Origin: a bacterium
GTDB lineage: Bacteria; RBG-13-61-14; DATKZS01
Reading direction: 5' to 3'
Assembly (NCBI GenBank): GCA_963674965.2
Contig: CAXXFL010000007.1
Coordinates: 832,001-896,000 of the forward strand
Length of the DNA stretch: 64,000 bases
Shown here: positions 8,163-19,128 of the stretch, piece after piece
Numbering within the stretch: the stretch's first letter is position 1
Layout: each line of letters opens with the position of its first letter
Program-made: the position numbers and the translations under genes
Notes under the pieces: model-generated
What the model saw: the letters and a program-made list of their open reading frames with translations, nothing else
Told to the model about the DNA's origin: nothing
Databases searched by the model: none

Positions 8163-10775
8163 TTAATGCTCGGTCCTGGCGATTATCTCGTCCTGGACGT
8201 CCCTTCCCAGTTCCACGAAATAGGAACTGTAGCCGCCGATCTTGACTATCAGGTCCCGGTATTCGTCCGGGTTCTCCCGGGCTTTACGGAGGTCATCGGC
8301 CGAGACCACGGTCGGCTGTATCTGCGCCCCTCCCATCGAGAAATACGTCCTCATCAGGTCGGCCCACTTTTTTCTGGCCTCCTCGTTGAGGCCCACGCCG
8401 GTGGGATGGAATTTCACGTTCACCGCGCATCCCATCACGTCCTCATAGGGGAGGGCCGATATCGAGCGCAAAGCGGCGGTGACCCCGTTTTTCTCGACGT
8501 TGTAAGGATTGCAGCTCGCGGCGTAGGGCGTGGCCGCCCTCCTGCCGTCGGGAGAGGCTATGGAAAGCCTTCCGTCCACCGTGTGGGTTATCATGCTGAT
8601 GATATAAATGACGACGGGCCCGCCGGCGAAGGACCGGTAATCGTAGCTCATGTCGAAGATGCGTTTCATCACGTCGTGAGCCATGGCGTCGGTTTCCGGG
8701 TCTCCGTTCCCCCATTTCCCGGGAAGTTGCTTGATTTTAGCCAGCAGGTCCTCATGGCCCTTGTAGTTAATATCCATGGCCTCCATCAGTTCGCCTATGG
8801 TGACGTCCTTGTTCTCGTAGACAAGCTTCTTGATCACGTAGAGGGAGTCGATCATGTTGGCGATCGAGTTGATGGTGGACACGCCGGCGAACACGTATTT
8901 GCCGCCCCCATTGGTGATATCGCGGCGCTTTTCCAGGCAGTCCTGGACAAAGGCTGAGAGCATGGGGGCGGGTAGGCTCTCGGCGAAAATCCGGTCCCTG
9001 ATGTTTGACCCCTCCACTATCTTGTCCATGAAGAACCTGGCCTGCTTGTAGAGGGCCTCGAGGAGTTCGTCGAAGTCCTTAAAGGATTTCGGGTCTCCCG
9101 TGGCTGGACCGTCTCCCTTGATGGTCCCCGCCAGTATGCGGGAGTCCCCGTTCCGGAGGGTTATATCCAGGAGCCTCGATAACTGAAGCGCGTTGGCGCT
9201 CATGGGCCCGGTCTTGCCCGGGCAGGTGGTCTCGACGCAACCCATCACCGCGTAGTCCCTGGCGTCCTCCAGGCTGAAGCCCCGGTTGACCATGGACTGG
9301 ATATTCATCTCATCCGAGAACAGGGAAAAGGTGCTCGTGCCCTTGGCCGCGTACTCGGCCGTCTGGAAAAGGACCCGGTCGGGCGTCTTCTCGTGCACCC
9401 TGACCGACACGTTGGTAATGGCCTTGGACAAGTGGGCCGCCTCGAGGAATACATAGGTCAGCTCGTTGGAGGCGTCCTCCCCCTCGGGCGTGATCCCGGC
9501 CAGGGTGATGGGCGTGGAACCCAGGAAACGGTGATAGAAGTTGCTTAAGATGTTCGACTCGGGACGGATGTTCTGGGACATGACCTTGAGCAGAAGCTCG
9601 GCCAGAAGCTCGACCGCCCATTCCCTGGTGACTCGTCCCTCGCCGAGGTCCTTTTCATAAAAGGGGTACAGTACCTGGTCCATACGGCCGAAGCAATGCA
9701 GGTAAACGGGATGGGCCGTCTCGATGGCCGTCTTCAGCGTCCAGCAGGACTGCACGGCCTCCTCGAAGGTATCCGCCGCCTGGAGGGGGACCTTGCGGCA
9801 TATCTCGAGCATGCGCCTGAGACGGGCCTTGTCATCGTCGTCCCTCGCGGCCTCGAGGTCCCTCTCGAGGCGGCCGGCCAGGCGGCGGGCGTAGATCATC
9901 ACGCCCTCCACGGCTATATCGATGGACTTGAGGAATTCTTTTTCCTCATCCGCCAGACCCTCGCCCTGGCCCAGGAGTCCCTCTATCTCGCGCTTGATGG
10001 ACTCGAGGCCCCGGCCCAGGACGGGGCCGTAATCCAGGATGATATGGGCGTGGTAGCTGGCGATGGTGGCGCAGGTGGAGAGCATGATGACCTGGCGCGA
10101 GGTATTGCCGGGTATGGCCATGACGAAGTCCCGCATCTGCTCGGAGAGAAGGCCCGACTCGAGCAGTTCCTTTTCAATGAGGTCCACCGTGGTCTTGCCC
10201 TTCCAATAGGGAAGGAGCCTCGAGAGCATCTCCTTTTTATCCTTCTCCTTGATCTGGTAGGGGTTGATGGACCGCTCCGACATGGTCTTGAAATCCATGT
10301 TGAGGGGAGCCGTCCCGCTTTCGCGCGTCATTTTCTGGTTGCGGATGAATTCACCCAGCATCCTTTTTCTGGTCATGTATCCTATGCCCTTGGCCATGGT
10401 CTTGGCCCTGAACTTGACCATGCTTATCTTGTCCAACTCCGACTCGAGCACGGAGTTGAAAACGCCCCTCTCGATATCGATGGGAACGCCGAGGAAATAC
10501 TCGCACCAGTAGCCGGCTATACGGTCGTCGGGGTCAACGTAATGGGTCATCTTCTCGTAGACGTTCTTCATGGCCATGGCCACGCGGACGGGCGTGGAAA
10601 TGCCTTTGCCCTCGGTCGCCTTCCAACTCTCGGTGTAGTACCTGGCCCGCTCGACCGAAATGTAAGCGGGACCGGTCTGGTATTTTCTTCTCATGCGCCT
10701 TATGCGCTCGGCGCCGTCATTTTGCTTTTGCCCGGAGGAGATATCGTCCATTTTCATTACCGGCTGGCTGGCCAT
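8163..10775 (-). CDS. Glycyl radical enzyme (PFL2/eliminase-like), substrate unknown
   Basis: 870 aa. GRMDQ.LYP, Cys loop GCVE, ASPDGR, C-terminal glycine loop LIVKIGGYSSYF ending ARTEH. Adjacent to an activase. Confidence 0.93.
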   Translation of the reverse strand: MASQPVMKMDDISSGQKQNDGAERIRRMRRKYQTGPAYISVERARYYTESWKATEGKGISTPVRVAMAMKNVYEKMTHYVDPDDRIAGYWCEYFLGVPIDIERGVFNSVLESELDKISMVKFRAKTMAKGIGYMTRKRMLGEFIRNQKMTRESGTAPLNMDFKTMSERSINPYQIKEKDKKEMLSRLLPYWKGKTTVDLIEKELLESGLLSEQMRDFVMAIPGNTSRQVIMLSTCATIASYHAHIILDYGPVLGRGLESIKREIEGLLGQGEGLADEEKEFLKSIDIAVEGVMIYARRLAGRLERDLEAARDDDDKARLRRMLEICRKVPLQAADTFEEAVQSCWTLKTAIETAHPVYLHCFGRMDQVLYPFYEKDLGEGRVTREWAVELLAELLLKVMSQNIRPESNILSNFYHRFLGSTPITLAGITPEGEDASNELTYVFLEAAHLSKAITNVSVRVHEKTPDRVLFQTAEYAAKGTSTFSLFSDEMNIQSMVNRGFSLEDARDYAVMGCVETTCPGKTGPMSANALQLSRLLDITLRNGDSRILAGTIKGDGPATGDPKSFKDFDELLEALYKQARFFMDKIVEGSNIRDRIFAESLPAPMLSAFVQDCLEKRRDITNGGGKYVFAGVSTINSIANMIDSLYVIKKLVYENKDVTIGELMEAMDINYKGHEDLLAKIKQLPGKWGNGDPETDAMAHDVMKRIFDMSYDYRSFAGGPVVIYIISMITHTVDGRLSIASPDGRRAATPYAASCNPYNVEKNGVTAALRSISALPYEDVMGCAVNVKFHPTGVGLNEEARKKWADLMRTYFSMGGAQIQPTVVSADDLRKARENPDEYRDLIVKIGGYSSYFVELGRDVQDEIIARTEH

Positions 10776-10801
10776 GTTCCTACCCCCTTGAAAGAAATTT
10801 A

Positions 10802-11410
10802 TTAAACCGATCGTCCCTTTTCTATCGCCTCGATGGTCAAGTCCAACATTTTAAGGACATGGGCTTTTCTTCTTTTCAGCTCGTCCGACGAGAGCGGGTC
10901 GCGGTCGAGGAGTATCTCGAGCACGCCGCTATAGGTGAACCAGGCCGTGATTATCCCGTAGAAGCTCACGAACACGTGCTCCGCCGCCAGGTCCCCTTCC
11001 TTGGTCGCGGGAAGGGCCGCCTGAATTATTTCCATGCCCATCCTGAACATGGGGTTGAGGTTCCGGGCGATACGGCCCACGTTTTTGCCGCCCGAGCTTT
11101 CCCTTTGCACGATGCGGGAGAAATTTCTGTTTTGCGAGAGGAAATCGACGTAGGTATCGACCATGATGGCGAGCTTTTCTCTCAAGGTGGCCTCGGTTTG
11201 AAGGGCTTTCACCAGGGTCTCGCCAAGCCTTTCGTAGTAGCCGTCCAGCACGGACTCGAAAAGACCCTGCTTGGTTTTAAAGTGGTAATGGATGAGGGCC
11301 TTGTTAACGCCAGAGGCTTCGGCGATTTCCCTGGTGGTAGCGGCGTCGAAGCCGATATCTCCGAAGATTTTATCTGCCGCCCGCAGGATATCTTGTTTGG
11401 CGTTGATCAA
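10802..11410 (-). CDS. TetR/AcrR family transcriptional regulator
   Basis: N-terminal HTH GFDAATTREIAEASGVNKALIHYHFKTK. TTG start with GGAGG RBS. Confidence 0.93.
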   Translation of the reverse strand: MINAKQDILRAADKIFGDIGFDAATTREIAEASGVNKALIHYHFKTKQGLFESVLDGYYERLGETLVKALQTEATLREKLAIMVDTYVDFLSQNRNFSRIVQRESSGGKNVGRIARNLNPMFRMGMEIIQAALPATKEGDLAAEHVFVSFYGIITAWFTYSGVLEILLDRDPLSSDELKRRKAHVLKMLDLTIEAIEKGRSV

Positions 11411-11422
11411 TGGCGCCTCCGA

Positions 11423-11446
11423 ATTTAACTAACCGCCCAGTTAAAT
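11423..11446. promoter_or_regulatory. Putative TetR operator
   Basis: ATTTAACT-N8-AGTTAAAT perfect inverted arms between the promoter and the RBS of the TetR gene. Confidence 0.65.
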
Positions 11447-11456
11447 ATTTAGACTT

Positions 11457-11485
11457 ACGTTAGCACGCCATATGGAACATGTCAA
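11457..11485 (-). promoter_or_regulatory. Sigma-70 promoter of the tetR-GRE operon
   Basis: Minus strand TTGACA-N17-TAACGT with an extended TG. Confidence 0.6.
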
Positions 11486-11567
11486 TATAAAATTAGAGTG
11501 AAGTTCCCCCAGTTTTTCAAAACTCGGGATGTACGGCTCGTGGCGGTCTGTAAACAAATCGAAGGCC

Positions 11568-11785
11568 AAGCCCGAAGGGCTTTAACATGAGTAACCGTAG
11601 GCGCCAGCCTACGGGAGGCGTGGCCGGAAATTTCTTCCCCGCCCCTGAAAGGGGCGAACCTTGCCGGGCGTAGGCAGTACACTTCGCCGAGGGTCCGGCC
11701 CGTTCAGGGCCGAAGGAAATTTTACACGCCATCTTTTCCGTAGGCTGGCGCCTACGGCTATTCGAATTTCCCCCTTTCAGGGGGA
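11568..11785. repeat. REP/REPIN-like composite palindromic element
   Basis: 20-bp exact inverted pair CCGTAGGCGCCAGCCTACGG (11595-11614) and CCGTAGGCTGGCGCCTACGG (11738-11757), each flanked by small hairpins (GCCCGAAGGGC, GCCCCTGAAAGGGGC, GGCCCGTTCAGGGCC, CCCCTTTCAGGGG). Confidence 0.7.
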
Positions 11786-11939
11786 GGAGGCCACGTCCGT
11801 TTCAGCGGCGTCCCAGACCATCCGCGCGAGGAGGCGAGGATTGATTTTCACTTCTCGCGGCGGACAACTTGCCGGCTGAAAATGGGAACCAAGAGTGAAA
11901 CGGTCAAAATTGGGGAAGTTCCGAAATTCAGAGAAAAAA

Positions 11940-13145
11940 TCAGGCCCAGTTATCCAGTATCTCGTCGATCCGGGCCACGTTGGCTTCCTCAATGGATATC
12001 CTGGAAGAGACGGCCTGGCCGATGCCCAACTCGGCGGCGTAATAGATTTGCGGCTGGGACCACACGCTCTTATCGACGTAGGGACGGTCCACCTTATCGT
12101 CCGAAGCGTACAGCTTAAGCGCCGATAAAGCCACCGAGTCAGTGGCCACCCGGTCCTTCCCCGCCAGGATCAGCCTCGGCTTGGCCCATACGACGCCGTC
12201 CCGCTTGGGGAAAAGTCCCATGCCGCTGGCGAGAGCGCCCGCGTCGGGACCGCACCGGGTAATAATAGTGGTGGCGTCCACAACGTTGATAAGCGGCCTG
12301 GAACATAGGTTCAATTCCGCGATCTTTTCGCCGATGTTATTCTGATGCATCGCGTTTTTTCCCTCTTGTAGCCTGTCGATGGGCATGCAGATTCCCACGA
12401 AGGCCTTGAGGCAGCAGGTGTATTCGGCGGCTGTAACGTCGTGGTTCTTGAGCATGGGCGCGTTAATCCAGTGATCCACCTCGCTTAGTATGCCGGGCAT
12501 ATGGAAACCTTCGCTCCAATGGCGCTGGCCCGGCTTGAAAAGCTCGTACTTGGATCTGGTAAAGGGGAAGGCTATTGCCCCCTCCTCTTGACAAATCTTG
12601 GCAAAGCCGCACTTTACAAAGGCTTTTTCAGTTTGATAGGCCGAGCGGTCCCCCACCAGCGCCGTTGCTCCGCGCTCTTTTACCATCCTGACTATCGCTC
12701 GAACCACGTCGGGTTTGGTCGTGATCCTGCCGATATCGAGCCCGCCGTCCGACGGCCCGCACATGTTGGGCTTGATCAAAACGCGCTGGCCCGGCTTTAT
12801 CTCGTCTATTCCCCCGGCCGCCTCGACCGACTCCCGGACCGCTCTCTCAATGTCCTTATAGTCAAGGTATTCGCCCGAGACTCGTTTCACCTGGGAGAGC
12901 CCGACCTTGGCGGGGGGCATTTCAGGATAAACGCCGGTTGGCGGTAGAGGATCTGGACCGACCAGGGTGGTTGTTCCATCCGGACCGTATACGGCTTTGA
13001 CCCGATTATAGAAGTTGACCGGCTCGATACCCTTTTGCTTGGGTAAAAAACATCCCGCCGAGGCCAGCCCGAATATTCCGGCCGACGAGGCGGCCCGGAA
13101 AAAGGAGCGCCTGGTAAAATCCGCGTTGCGGAGAATATGCCTCAT
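11940..13145 (-). CDS. DUF362 domain protein with Tat signal and lipobox
   Basis: TRRSFF twin-arginine motif, ASAGC lipobox, VLIKPN, TTKPDVVRA, PMLKNH, DRVATD. Confidence 0.8.
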   Translation of the reverse strand: MRHILRNADFTRRSFFRAASSAGIFGLASAGCFLPKQKGIEPVNFYNRVKAVYGPDGTTTLVGPDPLPPTGVYPEMPPAKVGLSQVKRVSGEYLDYKDIERAVRESVEAAGGIDEIKPGQRVLIKPNMCGPSDGGLDIGRITTKPDVVRAIVRMVKERGATALVGDRSAYQTEKAFVKCGFAKICQEEGAIAFPFTRSKYELFKPGQRHWSEGFHMPGILSEVDHWINAPMLKNHDVTAAEYTCCLKAFVGICMPIDRLQEGKNAMHQNNIGEKIAELNLCSRPLINVVDATTIITRCGPDAGALASGMGLFPKRDGVVWAKPRLILAGKDRVATDSVALSALKLYASDDKVDRPYVDKSVWSQPQIYYAAELGIGQAVSSRISIEEANVARIDEILDNWA

Positions 13146-13514
13146 GAATTTTTCCTTTCCTTCCAGCTCTCACGTGATCGGATATTGTAAAATACTACTT
13201 AAATCGCCCCGTTATTCTACTATACCTTAAACCAATTGAAATGTCACGTTTTTCCTTGGCCGATCCGGCGCGCTCCGCTTTTTTTAACGCGACACAATCC
13301 ATGGAACCATTCAATATTATTAATTTGTTTTTTTCTTTTAACATAACTTCGCGTTTTCTCGCAAAAAGCCTCTGATTTGGAAAATCTGGCGGGAATACAA
13401 TGGACGATAATAAGAATCAATACTCCTGCCTCTTGCAAAGCCCATAAAGATGATTACCTTAAGAGTTAAGTAAAAGAATTCACGGCGGCTTTATTAACAA
13501 GAATGGAGGATTAA

Positions 13515-13796
13515 ATGGAACTCGAGGGAAACATAAAAGAGATTATCGAAAAAGAAGCAAAGGAAATATCCGAGACCTCGGAGTACGACTACGATGACGC
13601 TCTGAGCGCCATGACGAGATCGTACCAGTACGCCCTGGACGTTGGGGAGACCGGTGAGGCGGCTTTCGACAAGGCCCAGGAAATCGTGGGCGAGGCTTTG
13701 ATGGGCGCGAGCAGGATGGGTTTCGAGCTTAGGGGGGCAGTGGATCATCTTCTTTTCTCCATGCACCATCGGACCCCGTCAAGAGGGGCGTTTTAA
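13515..13796 (+). CDS. Hypothetical acidic protein
   Basis: 93-aa ORF with a GGAGG RBS after an AT-rich promoter region. No recognised domain. Confidence 0.55.
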   Translation: MELEGNIKEIIEKEAKEISETSEYDYDDALSAMTRSYQYALDVGETGEAAFDKAQEIVGEALMGASRMGFELRGAVDHLLFSMHHRTPSRGAF

Positions 13797-13811
13797 GAGC
13801 GATCACTTGGC

Positions 13812-13870
13812 TTAAGGCGCGGCGGCCCATTTTGCATCATGATAACTCAAAAAAGGCCGCCGCGCCTTAA
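13812..13870. repeat. 16-bp perfect inverted repeat (hairpin)
   Basis: TTAAGGCGCGGCGGCC-N27-GGCCGCCGCGCCTTAA. Confidence 0.75.
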
Positions 13871-13905
13871 CTTATATGCCTGGACTATTTTTTATGGAAA
13901 AGTAT

Positions 13906-13934
13906 TTGAAACCGGGGAGTAATTGGTGTATATT
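13906..13934 (+). promoter_or_regulatory. Sigma-70 promoter for rpmE
   Basis: TTGAAA-N17-TATATT about 55 nt upstream of the GTG start. Confidence 0.5.
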
Positions 13935-13988
13935 AGATAAATGCCTTACGGGGCGTTTTTTATTTTTCAAATCCCAGGGGGTTTTACC

Positions 13989-14240
13989 GTGAAGGAAGGA
14001 ATCCATCCCAAATACGACAAGGCGCGTTTCGAGTGCGTGTGCGGAAACGTGATCGAGACCAGGTCCACCCGCTCGGGGACCATCAAGGTTGATATCTGCT
14101 CTGCTTGCCATCCGTTTTTTACGGGCAAGGCCAAGCTGCTTGACACGGCCGGCCGGGTCGAGCGCTTTTACCGGAAATACAAAGACCACTACGACAAGCT
14201 GGAGCAGGACAAGAAACAAGAGCAGCCCAAGGAATCTTAG
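13989..14240 (+). CDS. rpmE: 50S ribosomal protein L31, zinc-binding type
   Basis: [36 protein letters not shown]. The GTG at 13989 is preferred over the ORF-track start at 13941. Confidence 0.97.
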   Translation: MKEGIHPKYDKARFECVCGNVIETRSTRSGTIKVDICSACHPFFTGKAKLLDTAGRVERFYRKYKDHYDKLEQDKKQEQPKES

Positions 14241-14354
14241 ACTGGAAGAACTTCTCGCCACGGGTCCGGTCCGGCCGGGTCCGTGGTTTTCTTTTGTTCG
14301 ATCGGCATGGGAATCTGCAAATTGACATTTTCAACTTGGCGGGAGAGGCGTTAA

Positions 14355-15425
14355 ATGTGGGAAAAGCTTGACGGCATGGTCAAACGATTCGACGAGTTGG
14401 AGGGGCTTTTGGCTTCTCCCGAAATCGTGACCAACCCCGAGCGCCTGAAGAAGGTGGCCCAGGAACACTCCGAGGTGAGAAAGGTGGTCGAGGCTTATCG
14501 CCGCTATAAAAAAGTGGAGTCGAGCCTGACTGACGCCAAGGAATTGTCCCGCGGCGAAGACGCCGAGTTGGCGGAATTGGCCCGGGATGAAATCGACGGC
14601 CTCTCCGAGGACCTTGCCCGCCTGGAGGAGGAGCTCAAGGAACTTCTCATCCCGACGGACCCGCTGGACGGCAAGAATATTATCCTCGAGATCAGGGCGG
14701 GCACGGGGGGCGAGGAAGCCGCGCTTTTCGCCCGCGACCTGTTCGAGATGTACAGAAAATACGCGGAATCGAGGAAATGGAAAACCGAGATACTTTCCCT
14801 TAGCGCGGCCGAGGCCGGGGGCATCAAGGAATTGATCGCCATGATCTCGGGACGAGCGGTCTATGGCCGCCTGCGCTACGAAAGCGGGGTCCATCGCGTG
14901 CAGCGCGTTCCCGCGACCGAGTCCCAGGGCCGGGTCCATACCTCGGCCGCCACCGTGGCCGTGCTTCCGGAGGCCGAGGAAGTTGACGTCGATATCGATG
15001 AAACGGAACTGAACCTCGAGACCTTCCGGGCGGGCGGCCCCGGCGGACAGCACGTCAACACCACCGATTCCGCGGTAAGAATCACCCACAAACCCACCGG
15101 CCTCGTGGTTATCTGTCAGGACGAGAGGAGCCAGCATAAAAACAGGGCCAAGGCCATGAAGATACTTCGGGCACGCCTGCTTGACCTCGAGCGGGAACGG
15201 CAAAATAACGAGAGGGCTTCCATTCGCAAGGGCATGGTCGGCTCGGGCGACCGGTCCGAGCGAATCAGGACCTACAATTTCCCCCAGGGCAGAGTCACGG
15301 ACCACCGGGCCAACCTGACCTTGTACAAACTGGACTCCATCATGGAAGGAGAGTTGGACGATCTCGTCGAGCCTCTCTCCCAGCGCCATCGCGCCCAACA
15401 GCTCGCTGGGGATGGGGCCAGTTGA
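14355..15425 (+). CDS. prfA: Peptide chain release factor 1
   Basis: [17 protein letters not shown] (PxT tripeptide of RF1), [20 protein letters not shown]. Confidence 0.97.
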   Translation: MWEKLDGMVKRFDELEGLLASPEIVTNPERLKKVAQEHSEVRKVVEAYRRYKKVESSLTDAKELSRGEDAELAELARDEIDGLSEDLARLEEELKELLIPTDPLDGKNIILEIRAGTGGEEAALFARDLFEMYRKYAESRKWKTEILSLSAAEAGGIKELIAMISGRAVYGRLRYESGVHRVQRVPATESQGRVHTSAATVAVLPEAEEVDVDIDETELNLETFRAGGPGGQHVNTTDSAVRITHKPTGLVVICQDERSQHKNRAKAMKILRARLLDLERERQNNERASIRKGMVGSGDRSERIRTYNFPQGRVTDHRANLTLYKLDSIMEGELDDLVEPLSQRHRAQQLAGDGAS

Positions 15426-15588
15426 TTTCCGCCCGGGCGACTATTCCCGGTTGACGTTTAACGTCAAGGCACGCGCCTTTTCCCATCCGGCGCCGAAAAA
15501 AAAAGGTCGCCGTCCATATTGAATTTATTGCGATAATAATCTAATATCAGATTCAATAAGTACTAATCAATCTTGGAGGCGTTCCATC

Positions 15589-16311
15589 TTGGAAGACAAC
15601 GGCAGGAGATCAAACGTTAGAGTCAAGGCCAAATTGAAGGTCAGATTCAAGGACACAAGCGCCTTTATTTCCGAGTACACTCACAATATCAGCAAGGGCG
15701 GACTGTTCGTGCGCACCGGCAAGCCATGTGAGAAAAACTCGTTCGTACAGGTGATCCTTATCATGCCGGAGACGGAGAATGAGGTAAGCGCGGTCGGCGA
15801 GGTCATTCACGTGATCACTCCCGGCCAGGCAACCGATTCTCAGCCCTCGGGCATGGGCATAGAATTAAAGGAGATTTCCCAGGCCGACCAGAAGCTTATC
15901 GAGGACTTCATCCGGGACAAGCTTAAAAGCGACGCTGAGAAGGAATCTCTTGGCCGGCGCGAGCATCAAAGATACGAGACCAAAATACGGGTGCGCTTCG
16001 GCAGCAGGGAGGCCCTGGCCGAGGAATACACCCACAACATAAGTCACGGTGGCATATATATCCGGACCAAGTCGCCCAAAAAGCTGCGCGAAAAGCTGAT
16101 TATTATACTAACGCATCCCGATACCGGGGCCGAGATGGAACTGGAGGGGGAAGTGGTCAGGGTCGTCTCTGAGGACGAGTCCTACCGGACGGGACAGCCG
16201 GCGGGCATGGGTATCCGCTTTTTAACCATGGGTCACGATACAAAGGCCCAGATAACCGCCTTTATCAATTCCGAGTCGGTAACGAGGAACAAAAGAGTGG
16301 AGTTCGAGTAA
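15589..16311 (+). CDS. Tandem PilZ-domain protein (TIGR02266-like)
   Basis: Two repeats, each with RxxxR (RSNVR, REHQR), HNISxGG and GMGI. Confidence 0.85.
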   Translation: MEDNGRRSNVRVKAKLKVRFKDTSAFISEYTHNISKGGLFVRTGKPCEKNSFVQVILIMPETENEVSAVGEVIHVITPGQATDSQPSGMGIELKEISQADQKLIEDFIRDKLKSDAEKESLGRREHQRYETKIRVRFGSREALAEEYTHNISHGGIYIRTKSPKKLREKLIIILTHPDTGAEMELEGEVVRVVSEDESYRTGQPAGMGIRFLTMGHDTKAQITAFINSESVTRNKRVEFE

Positions 16312-16330
16312 ATCCTAAAAACGGCGCGTT

Positions 16331-16359
16331 AAAAAGCCGTTCTCCCGGGAACGGCTTTT
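16331..16359. terminator. Bidirectional terminator
   Basis: AAAAGCCGTTC...GAACGGCTTTT between the convergent PilZ and sdhB genes. Confidence 0.8.
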
Positions 16360-16375
16360 CTCGTGGGAACCGACT

Positions 16376-17139
16376 TCATTCGCGCGAGAAGAGCCTCGAC
16401 TTGAGGTACTCCCTGTTCAGTCTCGCGATATTCACTATGGATATGGACTTGGGGCAAACCTCCTGGCACTCGGTGTAATTCGAGCAATTGCCGAACCCGA
16501 CCTCGTCCATCTTTTTGACCATGGCCGCCGCCCTGCGGGCCGCCTCCGGGCGCCCTTGCGGCAAAAGAGCCAGGTGAGACACTTTGGCCCCCACGAAAAG
16601 CATGGCCGAGGCGTTGGGACAGGCGGCCACGCAGGCGCCGCAGCCTATGCACTGGGCCGCGTCCATGGCCAGCTCCGCCGCCTCCTGCGCGATGGGGATG
16701 GCGTTGGCGTCCGGCGCCCCGCCCGCGGCGGCGGATATAAAGCCGCCGGCCTGGATGATCACGTCAAAGGCCCCCCTGTCCACGGCCAGGTCCTTGATTA
16801 CGCCGAAGGGCTTGGCGCGGAAAGGCTCGATAATGATGGTGTCGTTGTTCTTGAAGTGCCTCATGTGAAGCTGGCAAAGGGTCGTTCCCTTCTCGGGGCC
16901 GTGAGGGCGGCCGTTCACCACGGCGCCGCACATCCCGCAGATGCCCTCCCTGCAGTCGTGGTCGAAGGATATCGGGTCCGCGCCCTCCAGCGTGAGCTGC
17001 TCGTTAAGCACGTCCAGCATCTCGAGGAAAGAGGCGTCCGGGGATATCTCCTTCAACCGATATACCTCGAAGCCGCCCTTCTCCATGGGGCCCTTCTGGC
17101 GCCAAACCTTCACGTTGACCGCGATCGTCTTTGACTCGC

Positions 17140-17143
<4 letters not shown>
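16376..17143 (-). CDS. sdhB: Succinate dehydrogenase/fumarate reductase iron-sulfur subunit
   Basis: [10 protein letters not shown] ([2Fe-2S]), [24 protein letters not shown]. Confidence 0.95.
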
Positions 17144-19050
<1,907 letters not shown>

Positions 19051-19128
19051 CTTTGCCTCCATTCCGTGAATACCGGAGGGTTAAAGTGAATAACGTACAT
19101 CTTCGCCTTCCCCGCGCCTCGCGAGAAA

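Noticed and set aside
8163-10775. Pyruvate formate-lyase (pflB) assignment
   Set aside because: Single Cys in GCVE rather than the adjacent Cys-Cys pair, and the activase has the ferredoxin-like insert that PflA lacks.
13336-13364. Chromosomal dif site
   Set aside because: Only the XerD-like arm matches; the spacer and XerC arm do not. Kept only as a low-interest finding.
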